32,413 bases of DNA from Candidatus Caldarchaeum sp. (GCA_038844785.1 JAWBRA010000018.1:1-32413); one strand, 5' to 3'. Shown: positions 17,252 through 27,233, numbered from the stretch's first letter. Notes: a model not told the origin generated them from the letters alone. Numbers and translations: made by a program.

Positions 17252-19552
17252 ATGATCACGCCGCTTATCGTTGCTTCGCTGTTGCTGGCGGCTTTCTCAA
17301 CCACATCCGAATTTGGCTTAGGAAACGAGCTGCGTGGAGTCATCATTTACTCCGCCGGGAAGCAAAATCTGGTCAAGTCGCTTGTAGGGGAAGACTCGTT
17401 AGACGCGTTGGTCGAAGACGTTGCAACAGCCAGACTCACATCACATCAAATTCAGCTTGTTGAGCGGGCGGGGGCGAAGGTTTACAGGCCACGCATCCTA
17501 AAACCCCTCCTAGACTTGAGCGTTTTGGATATCGGGGTCAAGGCTTTAGAGAACCTCAAAGGCGTCAACGCCGAAGCTGTTGACGGAACAGGCGTCTTAA
17601 TCGCTTTAGTCGACACAGGCGTGGACTACACTCACCCAGCATTCAGGTCGAAAGACGGCCGCAACCGAATACTTTACATATGGGACCAGACGGTTGACGG
17701 AAGACATCCTGAAGGGTTTGGATATGGTCATGAATGCCTTCCCTCAGAGGTGGCTGACGGCTCATGCCCTGAGAAAGACACTGTCGGCCACGGTACAGTC
17801 ATCGCCTCAATAGCGGCGGGCAGCTCCTACGGTGAATGGGGTCTCCGTGGAGTAGCGCCTGGAGCTGAGCTGATTGTAGTGAAGAGCGGTGGGCCGGCTT
17901 GCGGAGGGAGTAGATGGTTCTTCAACGAAAAAGGCTTGATAGACGGCATCGCCTACGCCGTGGAAAAAGCACGTCTTCTAGGCCGTCGACTTGTGGTGGT
18001 TTTAAGCCTTGGCACAGACGTCGGAGGCCACGACGGCAGCACGCCTCTAGAGAAGACGCTTGACGCATGGGCTGGTGAAGGCGTTGTCTTCATCGTAGCA
18101 GCCGGCAACTCCGCGGCCGACGGAAGACATGTCACAGGTGTTTTGACAACGGGACGTAACACGACGCTCACATGGACAATCCCCGCTGAAACATCGCAGG
18201 CAAGCCTTTCGCTGGTCATCGGCAGGGAAGACAGCGCCAGGCTCTACATCACAACCCCCGACGAAAAAACATCACTCCTAACATTAAACAAGACAAACAA
18301 CGTCGGAGGATTTATTGTGGAGGCTTTTCTATGGCAGCATGAATCTCTGAAGGAAGTTTTGCTTGAGATAACTTCATCACGCAGGCTGGAAGGGGTTTGG
18401 CGGCTTACGATCTCGGCGGACAGTGTACGCTCGGGAAGGTGGCATGCATGGGTTGAAACAGATACCTGTAGCAACGAGTCGGAGGCATTCGCAGCAGGGC
18501 TGGACTACACGATAAGCCAGGAGTCAACTGTAACAATCCCGGGCACGGCTAGGAAAGTCTTAACTGTAGGCGCCTACACCACACGAACCGAGTGGACGGC
18601 CAGCGATAGAAGATGGAACGTGGCGGGAGACGTTGGGGGGCTTGAATACTACAGCGGAAGAGGTCCCACAACTGACGGCCGGACAAAACCAGACATCGTG
18701 GCGCCGGGCGGGGTTATCATCGCAGCCGGTTCACGCGACGCTGTCCGTAAACCTTACACGCCGGGAGGTTTGACAGCGGTAAGTAGGGGGACAAGCATGT
18801 CAGCTCCTCATGCGGCAGGCGTTGCAGCGCTGGCTCTCCAGCTAGCTCCAAACCTAGCTGTGGAAGAATTGTTCAACGTTTTGAGGAGGAACGCTAGAGT
18901 GGATGAGAAAACAGGACCCATACCGTTGACAGGCTCCAATTTATGGGGCTGGGGCAAGCTTAACGCAGACATAGCATACGTAGCCAACATAACCATCCAG
19001 GGCAGGGTTGTTGAGTCCAGGCCAACTCTTTACCTAAATGGAGCAAGCTTAACGAAAGTCTTGCAAAACACCGCAGTCAGAGTCCTACTGGTTCGAAACA
19101 CGTTTTACAACATTGCTCTCAGCTTTCCGCCAGCCGATGTCGACGTGAGATATAGGGCTGAGCCGTCGTTTTTCACAATCCAGCAGGAGCGGGCTGACAT
19201 GACGTTCAGGGTGCACGCTGAATACAGGCTTGTAATCCATCATCCTAACGGCTCTCTGTTAAAGGAGTGGTGGGGTTTAGAGAACAGCGTAGTTCGGCTA
19301 GACGAGATATTGAAGGAAACTTCCTTGGACGGGGTTGTATCTGGCTACAGTCTAGAAGATGGAAGGGTGATAATGGGAAAAACCCTCAACCTATCAACAC
19401 CTATGCGGATAACGCTAGTTCTTTCCAAGAATTCGTCAAACCAGCTGATTCCCGTCACAGGCGCTTTAATTGCTTCCGTCCTCTCTGTAGCGTTGGTTGT
19501 TCTGCTGAGGAACATCAGACGCCGAATGCTAGGCCGAAGCCCTCTGCTCTAA
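17252..19552 (+). CDS. S8 subtilisin-like serine protease with jelly-roll insertion (Csp-like), signal peptide and C-terminal TM anchor
   Basis: Catalytic triad LVDTG / GHGT / GTSMSAPH; oxyanion AAGN; RILYIWDQT; ~130-aa insert after AAGN; C-terminal TM followed by RRR. Confidence 0.9.
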   Translation: MITPLIVASLLLAAFSTTSEFGLGNELRGVIIYSAGKQNLVKSLVGEDSLDALVEDVATARLTSHQIQLVERAGAKVYRPRILKPLLDLSVLDIGVKALENLKGVNAEAVDGTGVLIALVDTGVDYTHPAFRSKDGRNRILYIWDQTVDGRHPEGFGYGHECLPSEVADGSCPEKDTVGHGTVIASIAAGSSYGEWGLRGVAPGAELIVVKSGGPACGGSRWFFNEKGLIDGIAYAVEKARLLGRRLVVVLSLGTDVGGHDGSTPLEKTLDAWAGEGVVFIVAAGNSAADGRHVTGVLTTGRNTTLTWTIPAETSQASLSLVIGREDSARLYITTPDEKTSLLTLNKTNNVGGFIVEAFLWQHESLKEVLLEITSSRRLEGVWRLTISADSVRSGRWHAWVETDTCSNESEAFAAGLDYTISQESTVTIPGTARKVLTVGAYTTRTEWTASDRRWNVAGDVGGLEYYSGRGPTTDGRTKPDIVAPGGVIIAAGSRDAVRKPYTPGGLTAVSRGTSMSAPHAAGVAALALQLAPNLAVEELFNVLRRNARVDEKTGPIPLTGSNLWGWGKLNADIAYVANITIQGRVVESRPTLYLNGASLTKVLQNTAVRVLLVRNTFYNIALSFPPADVDVRYRAEPSFFTIQQERADMTFRVHAEYRLVIHHPNGSLLKEWWGLENSVVRLDEILKETSLDGVVSGYSLEDGRVIMGKTLNLSTPMRITLVLSKNSSNQLIPVTGALIASVLSVALVVLLRNIRRRMLGRSPLL

Positions 19553-20185
19553 CTCCCAGGGCACAAGGCCGTCAACAATCTTGCATCTCCCCTCATCGTC
19601 GACGTCGCCTATGACAAACAAAGGATGGTAGTTCTCTGCAGGTATTTTTGAGGGGGGTGGATGTCCGGCGAAAGCGAGGTCAAGAATCACGTAGCAAGCC
19701 ACAACCTCCACGTTACATTTGTTCAACAGCTCCACGGCTGCGTTCAACGTTCTGGAAGATCTCCTGATATCATCTACCAGCAAGACTTTTTTGAATTTAG
19801 ACGCAACAGCCCGGTCTAAGTAAAGTGTAACCATCCTATCCTCGGTTACGGATTTCTCGTCAACGGTTAAAGGCTCTTCGAAAACGATCTTGCCTGCTTT
19901 ATGTATCGAAAAATATGGCTTGCCCAACTCGTACGACAGCGCTATGCCGTATTTCGCTCCAGAGGTTTCTATCGATGCTATTGCGTCGAACACGTAGTTT
20001 CTTCGAGCGACGTCGTGGGCGATGGCTTTGGCCAGCGCTTGAAAGACCTTAGGGTCGTGCAGTATGTTTAGCCATGCAACGCGTAGGATTTTCTGTCCGC
20101 CGATTTTCTTCACTTGTATCGAGGAACCTGTCTTGATGCCGTTTAAAAGAGAGGCCAATAGCTGTTGATGGATGTTTACATCCAT
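19529..20185 (-). CDS. type I phosphoribosyltransferase-fold protein (purine PRT/PurR-like) with atypical PRPP loop
   Basis: LNILHDP, DAIASIETSG, SVTE, KVLLVDDIRRSSRTL. Confidence 0.8.
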   Translation of the reverse strand: MDVNIHQQLLASLLNGIKTGSSIQVKKIGGQKILRVAWLNILHDPKVFQALAKAIAHDVARRNYVFDAIASIETSGAKYGIALSYELGKPYFSIHKAGKIVFEEPLTVDEKSVTEDRMVTLYLDRAVASKFKKVLLVDDIRRSSRTLNAAVELLNKCNVEVVACYVILDLAFAGHPPPSKIPAENYHPLFVIGDVDDEGRCKIVDGLVPWELEQRASA

Positions 20186-20206
20186 ACGGAATTAACTTGA
20201 GACCGG

Positions 20207-21352
20207 TTAATTAACCATTCGCTCAGTCTTCGAAAACGCTGGCTTCTCCATGTTAATCCGAGAGGCCAGTAAAGCCGCTGCAAACGGCAGTACCGAGAGA
20301 AATGTGAAAACAGTGTTGTATCCGAGAAAGTCTATCAAAACCCCTACGGGTGGGACGGTCAGGTTGGCCAGCCCCAGAGTGACGCCGTACATCAACGCGG
20401 ACGCCATGCCGACGTTGTTGGGCAGAAGGTCGTGGGAAGCTGCCACAAGCAAGGGTTGGACAGCAAGTATCACAAACCCCAGCAGAGACAACGAGATGAT
20501 TATGTATGTTGTCGGTGTAAATACCAATGCGAGAAGTAGGATGCCTGAGAAGAGAAGGTAGATGGCGGCCACACGCGTCTTCCCAAACTTGACCGACAGC
20601 AGGCCGGAGGACAGCATGCCTCCCGCTCCAGCGATAAGCATGACTGTCAAGAGACTGCCCGCATGTACAACGGCATAACCCCGCGAAGCAAGGTAGAGAG
20701 GTAGGTAGGTTATCAGGCTTGTGATGGCGACGCCGCGGAGGATTGCGGCAGCGAGAAGCATGAAGAGATGTTTTAAACCTGCGGACAAGGCGTCACCCAT
20801 TTTCTGCACCGTGTTGTTGACTTTTTCGTTCTTTATTCGGGATGAAGCGATGGCCATGGCTAAAGGTGGGAAAAGCAGCAGCAATGTGCCGTTCAACCCC
20901 ATGGCCGAAACAGCTAAGCTGCAAACCAAAGAGCCGAGGGCCAATCCGATGTCACCCCCAATCATAAAGACGGAAACCGTCATAGACCTTTTATGAGACG
21001 CTGAGCTGAGCGAGGTTGCTATCGGATGGAAAAAAGCCGAGCCCACCCCACCCAGAACAGCCGCTGAAAAAATTGCCCAGTAGGTTGGAAGAAATCCGAT
21101 TGACGCTATCGCGAACCCGCCGGCCGCCAGTCCCAGAGGCATCATGACCACGGCTTGCTTCCTGTCGTAAAAAGCTCCTACGGCGATTTGTAGGAACGAA
21201 GCGGAGATCATGTAGGCTGCCGGTATCAGTCCAAGCGCCGCGGTTGACAGGTTATGCTGCTGCGCGAGCAGCGGCAGCAGCGGTGGCAGAGCGGTGTAAA
21301 GCATGTCGTTGGACATGTGGCTTAAAGACAACGTCAGCAGCCTACCCTTCAT
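20207..21352 (-). CDS. MFS transporter (Fsr-like)
   Basis: SHMSND, LPPLLP, GVGSAFFHP, GGDIGLALG; about 12 hydrophobic segments. Confidence 0.9.
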   Translation of the reverse strand: MKGRLLTLSLSHMSNDMLYTALPPLLPLLAQQHNLSTAALGLIPAAYMISASFLQIAVGAFYDRKQAVVMMPLGLAAGGFAIASIGFLPTYWAIFSAAVLGGVGSAFFHPIATSLSSASHKRSMTVSVFMIGGDIGLALGSLVCSLAVSAMGLNGTLLLLFPPLAMAIASSRIKNEKVNNTVQKMGDALSAGLKHLFMLLAAAILRGVAITSLITYLPLYLASRGYAVVHAGSLLTVMLIAGAGGMLSSGLLSVKFGKTRVAAIYLLFSGILLLALVFTPTTYIIISLSLLGFVILAVQPLLVAASHDLLPNNVGMASALMYGVTLGLANLTVPPVGVLIDFLGYNTVFTFLSVLPFAAALLASRINMEKPAFSKTERMVN

Positions 21353-21569
21353 TGAACGCAGCCTTCAAAAAGCAGGTATATAACTGCTAACACACCTAAC
21401 GTGCTGTCAGATACAAGCTTCGTTGAGGTAAGATTTGGCGGTATGCTGTTCTGTCAGTTCTCTCTTCGAAGGTAGGGGTTTACGGCCACGTTTATCGCTG
21501 GCGCCCGTCTGCCTCCTCCTCGTGAATACGATGCATCATCCTTAAACGGTCTAGAAACTCGTTAAAGCC

Positions 21570-22706
21570 ATGGGAGAAGCGGCTCTTGTCGAGGACCTTC
21601 CTCGAATGTTTCCGCAGGATTACTGGCTGGAGAAAAGCGAGAAGGGTGTTTTCCCTGAGGAGTTTTGGCAAGAATGTGGAAGTCGAAGGCTTCCGGGCTT
21701 TCTGATACCCGAGGAGTATGGAGGGCTTGGAAGAAAACTTGAAGAGCTGGTTAACGTCGTGGTCTTCCTCGCATCACATGGTTTCGGGACAGCGTTATAC
21801 CCTGTGCTGAGCAACAACATGTCGGCTCTCGTGCTGCTAAACGCTGGACCACAGCGTTTGAGGGAGAAGATTCTTCCAAAGCTAGCTTCAGGCGAGTACA
21901 TGATGGGGTTAGCCATAACGGAACGCGAGTCAGGCTCCGACGTTCTCTCCATAACAACTTCAGCCACGAAGACCGGTAACGCATACAGAATCAACGGTGA
22001 AAAGATGTTCGTGAACAACGTCGGCCGAGCGACGCACGTGCTGTTAGCCGCTAGGACGACGCCAGCCGAGAAGGTTGTCAAGAAAAGCGACGGGATAACA
22101 CTTTTCATTATGGATTTACGGTCGGAAGGACTCGGCTTCAACATCTTAGAGAAGATGGGGACGAATTACTATAAGACAGGCGTCATGAAGATTGTTGACG
22201 TCTTCATAGATGAGGAAATGGTTGTGGGAGAAATTGACAAGGGCTGGAGGGCTCTAACCTATGCTTTAAACCCTGACAGAATAGTCTACGCAGCTCTTGG
22301 CGCTGGCTCCGCACTTTACGCCGTCAAAACAGCCGCATCTTACGCTGCTGAGAGAAAGGTCTTTGGAAAACCAATAGGAGGCTACCAAGGCATCCAACTT
22401 CCTCTGGCCGCAAACTACGCCGAGGCTGAAGCTGCTCGTCTCCTGTGCCTCGAGGCAGCCCGGGCGTTCGACAGGGGTGAGAGGTCAGATGTCCTAGCAT
22501 GCATGGCCAAATACCTTGCATCCGAGACAGCTTTCAAGGCTTTATCTCATGCGTTGCAGGTGTTGGGCGGCTATGGGTATTTGAAGGAGAAGCATGTGGA
22601 GAGAGTTTTCCGAGATGTTCTGCTCCTCAAGTCGGGGCCCATAACTCAGGAGCTTGCTCTCGCGTATGTTGCGGAGAAAGCGTTGTCGCTGCCAAGGTCT
22701 TACTGA
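21570..22706 (+). CDS. acyl-CoA dehydrogenase family protein
   Basis: IPEEYGGLG, AITERESGSD, INGEKMF, RKVFGKPIGGYQGIQLPLA, AKYLASE, QVLGGYGY.KE.HVER.FRD. Confidence 0.93.
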   Translation: MGEAALVEDLPRMFPQDYWLEKSEKGVFPEEFWQECGSRRLPGFLIPEEYGGLGRKLEELVNVVVFLASHGFGTALYPVLSNNMSALVLLNAGPQRLREKILPKLASGEYMMGLAITERESGSDVLSITTSATKTGNAYRINGEKMFVNNVGRATHVLLAARTTPAEKVVKKSDGITLFIMDLRSEGLGFNILEKMGTNYYKTGVMKIVDVFIDEEMVVGEIDKGWRALTYALNPDRIVYAALGAGSALYAVKTAASYAAERKVFGKPIGGYQGIQLPLAANYAEAEAARLLCLEAARAFDRGERSDVLACMAKYLASETAFKALSHALQVLGGYGYLKEKHVERVFRDVLLLKSGPITQELALAYVAEKALSLPRSY

Positions 22707-23686
22707 ACGTCAATCCAACGGCCCACCCCTTCTTTCTCAGCCCTCCTAAAAACCTCCGCTGAAAAGAACAGGTCTATGGCTGCGAATCCTACAGACTTGA
22801 GCAAAGTTATTATCTCTTCACCACCTCTTACGAGCCTGCCTGTTTTCACAATTTCATGGAGCTCGATTATCCGGCTTGGCTCTACGACTCCTTCTTTGAC
22901 GGCGGCCATCAGGTCTCCAGCCTCTCTCAAAACAGCGTCCTTTAAATCGGCTGCAACCACATTTGCTCTCTGAAAGGTTCTTAGGTCAAGTTCTCTTCTC
23001 GTGGGAAGTACTCCCATGCTTGTTACGTGAGTGTCTCCGTCAAGCCAGTCACCTGAAAGAACAGGCTCGGCAGCGCTTGTAGCTGTTATGACCACGTCGG
23101 CTTTCCGGACGGCTTCATAAGACGAGTCTACTGCTATGGCTTCTACCCCCAGCTCTTCTTCAGCCCTTTTAGCTGTCTTTGCCCTGTTTTGTGGGGTGGG
23201 GCTGTAGATTTTCACGGCTTGTATGCTTCTAACCGAGGCTATGGCTTCCAGCTGGGCCCACGCTATTCTACCGCTTCCAACAAGCCCTACAACCCTGACG
23301 TCTTTCCGAGACATGTATTTGGCTCCTACACCTCCTATGGCACCGGTCCGCAGAGCTGTCAGCTGAACCGCGTCAACCAAACCCTTCAAAACCCCAGTCT
23401 CCACGTCGAAAAAAAGGATAACACCGTTAGCTGATTCGATGCCGTATCTAGCAGGGTTTTGCTTGTATTCGTTGATAACCTTGATTATGTAGCCTTTCTG
23501 GTGTAGGCTGAGGGCCGGCATGTTAAGCCATACGGCTTCTTTTTCATGCAGAGGGATGACCGTCCTCGGTGGAGCCTGATATTTTTCTGGGCTGTAGTCT
23601 TTGAAGAAGGCCTCGGCTATGTCAACAGAGGTCTTCATGTCAATCCATGATTTCAGGTCGCGGCCGGTTACAAGCAGCACGGTCAC
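22700..23686 (-). CDS. second ornithine cyclodeaminase/mu-crystallin family protein
   Basis: PPR, NMPA, LTALRTGAIG, GSGRIA, ITATS, LKSVGFAAIDL; ATGA overlap with paaK. Confidence 0.9.
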   Translation of the reverse strand: MTVLLVTGRDLKSWIDMKTSVDIAEAFFKDYSPEKYQAPPRTVIPLHEKEAVWLNMPALSLHQKGYIIKVINEYKQNPARYGIESANGVILFFDVETGVLKGLVDAVQLTALRTGAIGGVGAKYMSRKDVRVVGLVGSGRIAWAQLEAIASVRSIQAVKIYSPTPQNRAKTAKRAEEELGVEAIAVDSSYEAVRKADVVITATSAAEPVLSGDWLDGDTHVTSMGVLPTRRELDLRTFQRANVVAADLKDAVLREAGDLMAAVKEGVVEPSRIIELHEIVKTGRLVRGGEEIITLLKSVGFAAIDLFFSAEVFRRAEKEGVGRWIDVQ

Positions 23687-25017
23687 ATGCCTCTCTGGTC
23701 AAGCACTCTTTTAGCTTTGCCAACCTCCTGCCGCGGAAGGCTCATGGGTTCTACAAGCTCAACCTCAACGCTTGTCAGCAACGTTTCTCGAAGGTCTTCC
23801 TCAAGCCTTTTCTTCAAGCCTTTTACGTCCACATTTCCAGACTCCTTGCTTAGCTCAGCTACGACCTTCATCCTGTCAAGGCCGCCGACGCGTGTGACGA
23901 CAATCTGATACTCCATACCCAACTCCGGATGTTTGAGTAAAACAGCTTCTACCGCGCTGGGCCAGACAGCTACGCCGGACACCTTTATCATGTCGTCAAC
24001 CCTGCCGCTTATGAAGCCAAGCCGCCTATGCGTGCGGCCGCAGTCACATGAAACAGAGTCATAAACGTATGAAATGTCTCTGCATCTATATCTTATTACG
24101 GGCGAAGCCTCCTTCGTCAACGTTGTGAAAACAAGCTCTCCCTTTTCCTCAGGCTCAATCGGCTCGCATGTTTTCGGGTCGATAACCTCGACGTAGAAAT
24201 GGTCCTCCCACAGATGTAAGCCGTCGTGCATGTAGCAGTCGTTGGCCACGCCTGGGCCGCATAGCTCCGTGAACCCGTAGATATCGTAAACATCCATGTC
24301 CCATGCGTCGGCAATCCTCTTCTTCATCTCGGCTGTCCACATCTCTGAGCCGAAAACACCCTTCCTTACCTTTGTGTCTCGTGCCGGGTCAACACCCATC
24401 TCATAAGCCGTCTCCGTCAGCCTGAGTATGTAGGAGACGACGGCGCAAACCATCGTGGTTCCAAAATCGAGCATGTACTGTATCTGGCGTTTGCTGAACC
24501 CAGCGCCCGTGGGAATAATCATCGCACCAACTTTTCTCGCACCATAGAAGAACCCGAAACCACCCGTGAACATGCCGAAGCTTGGAGTTATCTGCAAGAT
24601 GTCCGACTTCGTCAAACCAGACATGACTAAGGACCTTGCAGACACCTCACCCCACACCTCTATGTCATTCTTCGTGTAAAACCCGAGTGTTGGCACCCCC
24701 GTCGTCCCAGAGGTTGCGTGAACTTCGAGAAGCTCTGTCCGTGGAACGGCTAGCAAGCCGTATGGATAAAGCGACCTCAGCTCCTCTTTTGTGGTGAAGG
24801 GGATTTTCTGCAGGTCGGCCGCTGTTTTGACGTCTTCAGGCTTGACGCCGGCTTCGTCGAACTTTTTCCTGTAGAAAGCATTGTTTTCGTAAACGTGTTT
24901 AACAGTCCACCTCAACCTTTCATCGCGCATGCTTTCCAGCTCCTTACGTGGAAGTGTTTCAGCAGCCTTGTTGAAGAAAAGCCCGTTTCTCATGTCTTCA
25001 AAAACAGAGCCGGCCAC
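23683..25017 (-). CDS. paaK: phenylacetate--CoA ligase family protein
   Basis: IPFTTKEELR..YPYG, HATSGTTG.P, FTGG.G..YGA, DIYGFTELCGPGVA, WEDHFYVE, TTLTKEASPVIRYR, GRVDDM, GKAKRVLD.R. Confidence 0.9.
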   Translation of the reverse strand: MAGSVFEDMRNGLFFNKAAETLPRKELESMRDERLRWTVKHVYENNAFYRKKFDEAGVKPEDVKTAADLQKIPFTTKEELRSLYPYGLLAVPRTELLEVHATSGTTGVPTLGFYTKNDIEVWGEVSARSLVMSGLTKSDILQITPSFGMFTGGFGFFYGARKVGAMIIPTGAGFSKRQIQYMLDFGTTMVCAVVSYILRLTETAYEMGVDPARDTKVRKGVFGSEMWTAEMKKRIADAWDMDVYDIYGFTELCGPGVANDCYMHDGLHLWEDHFYVEVIDPKTCEPIEPEEKGELVFTTLTKEASPVIRYRCRDISYVYDSVSCDCGRTHRRLGFISGRVDDMIKVSGVAVWPSAVEAVLLKHPELGMEYQIVVTRVGGLDRMKVVAELSKESGNVDVKGLKKRLEEDLRETLLTSVEVELVEPMSLPRQEVGKAKRVLDQRGM

Positions 25018-25221
25018 GTTAAATAATAAAGTATTTGGCGAGCTATTTTCAAAGGTCTTCTGAGGCTGGACATATTATGAAACGGTTTGGCCGCGTTCGA
25101 GAAGAGACATGCCTACAGGTAAGGACGGCATCTAAAACGGGTTTTAGCCGGACGGCACAAGCGCTCTGCTCTTAGATTCGATGTTGAGAAAAAAGAATAA
25201 TTGGCTTTAGGCTTAAACTGT

Positions 25222-25336
25222 ATTCTCTAGATAGGTGTAGGCTGTTCGAGCGATAGAAACCCTTTCCCCACCGCTGTAGAGAAGGCTAGGAAGTTTGCGG
25301 CACGGCTTGCGGAATGCCGTAATGACGTTGTTTTGA
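25222..25336 (+). pseudogene. decayed partial paralog of the LOG-family gene at 27418
   Basis: Reads IL*IGVGCSSDRNPFPTAVEKARKFAARLAECRNDVVL versus MLQIGVGCSSDKNPLSTAVEKARRFAVRLADYRDTVVL. The start is lost (ATT), CAG has become TAG, and the copy is truncated after ~38 codons. Confidence 0.85.
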
Positions 25337-25465
25337 CTGATGACGCGCTTACGCTTGTTGAGTTAAGCAGTCTGCAGTCTCCGACAACGTTACGAAGGAT
25401 GCTGAGTCGGCAAAGCCGGAAAAGCGTTGATAATCTCCTAATACCGAGAATTCGTCGAAAACAAC
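25324..25465 (+). repeat. diverged direct repeat, copy 1 (copy 2 at ~27234-27365)
   Basis: GACGTTGTTTTGACTGATGACGCGCTTACGCTTGT...CAAAGCCGGAAAAGCGTTGATAAT...ACCGAGAATT versus GATGTTGTTTCTACCGATGATGAGCTTACGCTAGT...CAAAGCCAGAATAGCGTTGATAAT...ACCGAGAATT. Confidence 0.75.
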
Positions 25466-25586
25466 GTGCGAGTTGCTCCGGCTTACAGCCTGGTGAAAAC
25501 TCCTATGTGTAAGCGGGTTGATGGATGATCTTAATGCTGAAGACAGTGTGGTGTGTCCGGCAGCGTTTGTAACAATTATAAAAAAA

Positions 25587-27047
25587 TTATGGAAGTTTTG
25601 CAGTGGTTATGGTCTTTTTGCTCACCACGTAGGTGGCCACCAGAGCTGTGACGAAGAGGGAGATGAGGTTGAAGCCTTTGAGCGGATGGCCTGCAAACCA
25701 TAACGCCCCGATGCCGTTTGGTATTCCCAGCCAAGCCAAGAACCTGCCGAGCATGTTGAACGTCGGCGCCATGGGCATTGTTATGGCAAAGAGGTAGAGC
25801 AACCCCACTCTGTTAGCGCCGAATAGCGAGGTACCGAATATGGAGAGTATGAGGAGCCATGCTATCGCCACGTGATACTAGCTGCCCGGGCTTAAGTGGG
25901 CGTTTTCAAGCCCTCTCGGCGTCGCCTTAGCAGGCGCGGTGCCGAGATATTTCGCTGGATAAGGTCCTGGATACGGCACGCCTTCAGGTTGCTTGTAGGT
26001 CACTGTAATGTTGGGTTTCACGTCCCACACCAATGAAACATATGCTCCAACAGCTATCAAAATGGCTAGACCTACTAGGCAAACCGTTAGCGCGATGTTG
26101 ATGGCTGTGGGACGACCACTAGCATGTTCTTTAATCTCTCCTCTAACAGTTGAGTAAATTCCCAACGCCGAGGGGATGGACAGGAGTATGAGCAGATAGT
26201 AGATGGCTGCTGGAGCTACCCATACAACGCTCGGAAGCTCTCCAAAGTTAAAGGCCAGCAGTCCGACAAAGGTTAGCGGAAGTCCGATCTGCATCAGCCT
26301 GTATCCGAGATTTTGGATTCTAGGCCTCACCTGTAGAATGCTCATCATCATTAGCAGCAGCATGGAGCTTGTGGACAGAAGGGCGGTGTGGTCGTGTAGC
26401 TGGACAAGCGCCGCAGGTGAAACGGGCAGGTGGGCTATCTTGAAGGTTGCGTTGATTGTGTATCCGATTACGACGGAGAGACCTATCAGAAGTGTTGGAA
26501 TTAGGAATATCTTCCTCGGCACCTCCACCTCGGAGAGGAACTCATACCTGGACTTTGGCTGCGGCTTATCAGCCGTTATTGCCGGTATGTTTATCCCTGC
26601 GGCTGCAAGGCCAACGGTTCCCAGCGCGATAAACCCGAACAGCTCTAGCACGAAAGCCACGACCCCAATTATCGGGAGCTCGTAGTAAGTTCCGGGAAGC
26701 GTCGGAGACTCGAGCCTCCAGAGCGACGGTCCTCCTATCTCGTAGTAGGAGGCTAAAGCACCTATCCAAAGCGTCGGGCCAGCGAAAGTGCCTGCGATGA
26801 TGAGCTTTTTCGCCCACGGCTTGAGCTGGAGGCTAGGAAGCACCAGAGCCGCTACCAGTATGAGAACCGACCACCATGAAGAATGGGCGTGCCCGACTTT
26901 CTCCCACTCCGGCACGGGGCGTCCCCACGCAGCCGCCGTCCATATTCCAAGCATTCCCACTAATGTTCCGGTCGCTATCGCAATTAGCGCTGCGATAAAC
27001 ATGGGCAGGTTAAGGCCAAGCCTTATGGTGGGCTGCCCTTGTCTCAC
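25587..27047 (-). pseudogene. ~12-TM His-motif membrane protein interrupted by one in-frame TAG (25878-25880); pseudogene, sequencing error or readthrough
   Basis: ORFs 25878..27227 and 25587..25871 share a frame: ...ENAHLSPGS-TAG-YHVAIAWLL... Likely start GTG 27047, with TATA-like CTTAAAA ~27 nt upstream, or ATG 27002. Confidence 0.7.
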
Positions 27048-27233
27048 ATAATATGAGTTTGACACCGCATCTTTTAAGTTTTTTAAACCAGAGCTGTGGC
27101 TAAAATGAAATTTCGACATTTTTCGCCCGCTATTCTGGGAGATCTTTACGGGAAGATCGGGTTGTTTTTGAAACCCATGCGGTGAGCGCTTTGGACTAAG
27201 GCGTGCTATTTTCATAATAGGGGACATGAGGCT

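Noticed and set aside
27048-27227. N-terminal 60 aa of the 449-aa ORF
   Set aside because: Hydrophilic, and it spans a TATA-like tract and the opposite-strand remnant; the real start is probably 27047 or 27002.
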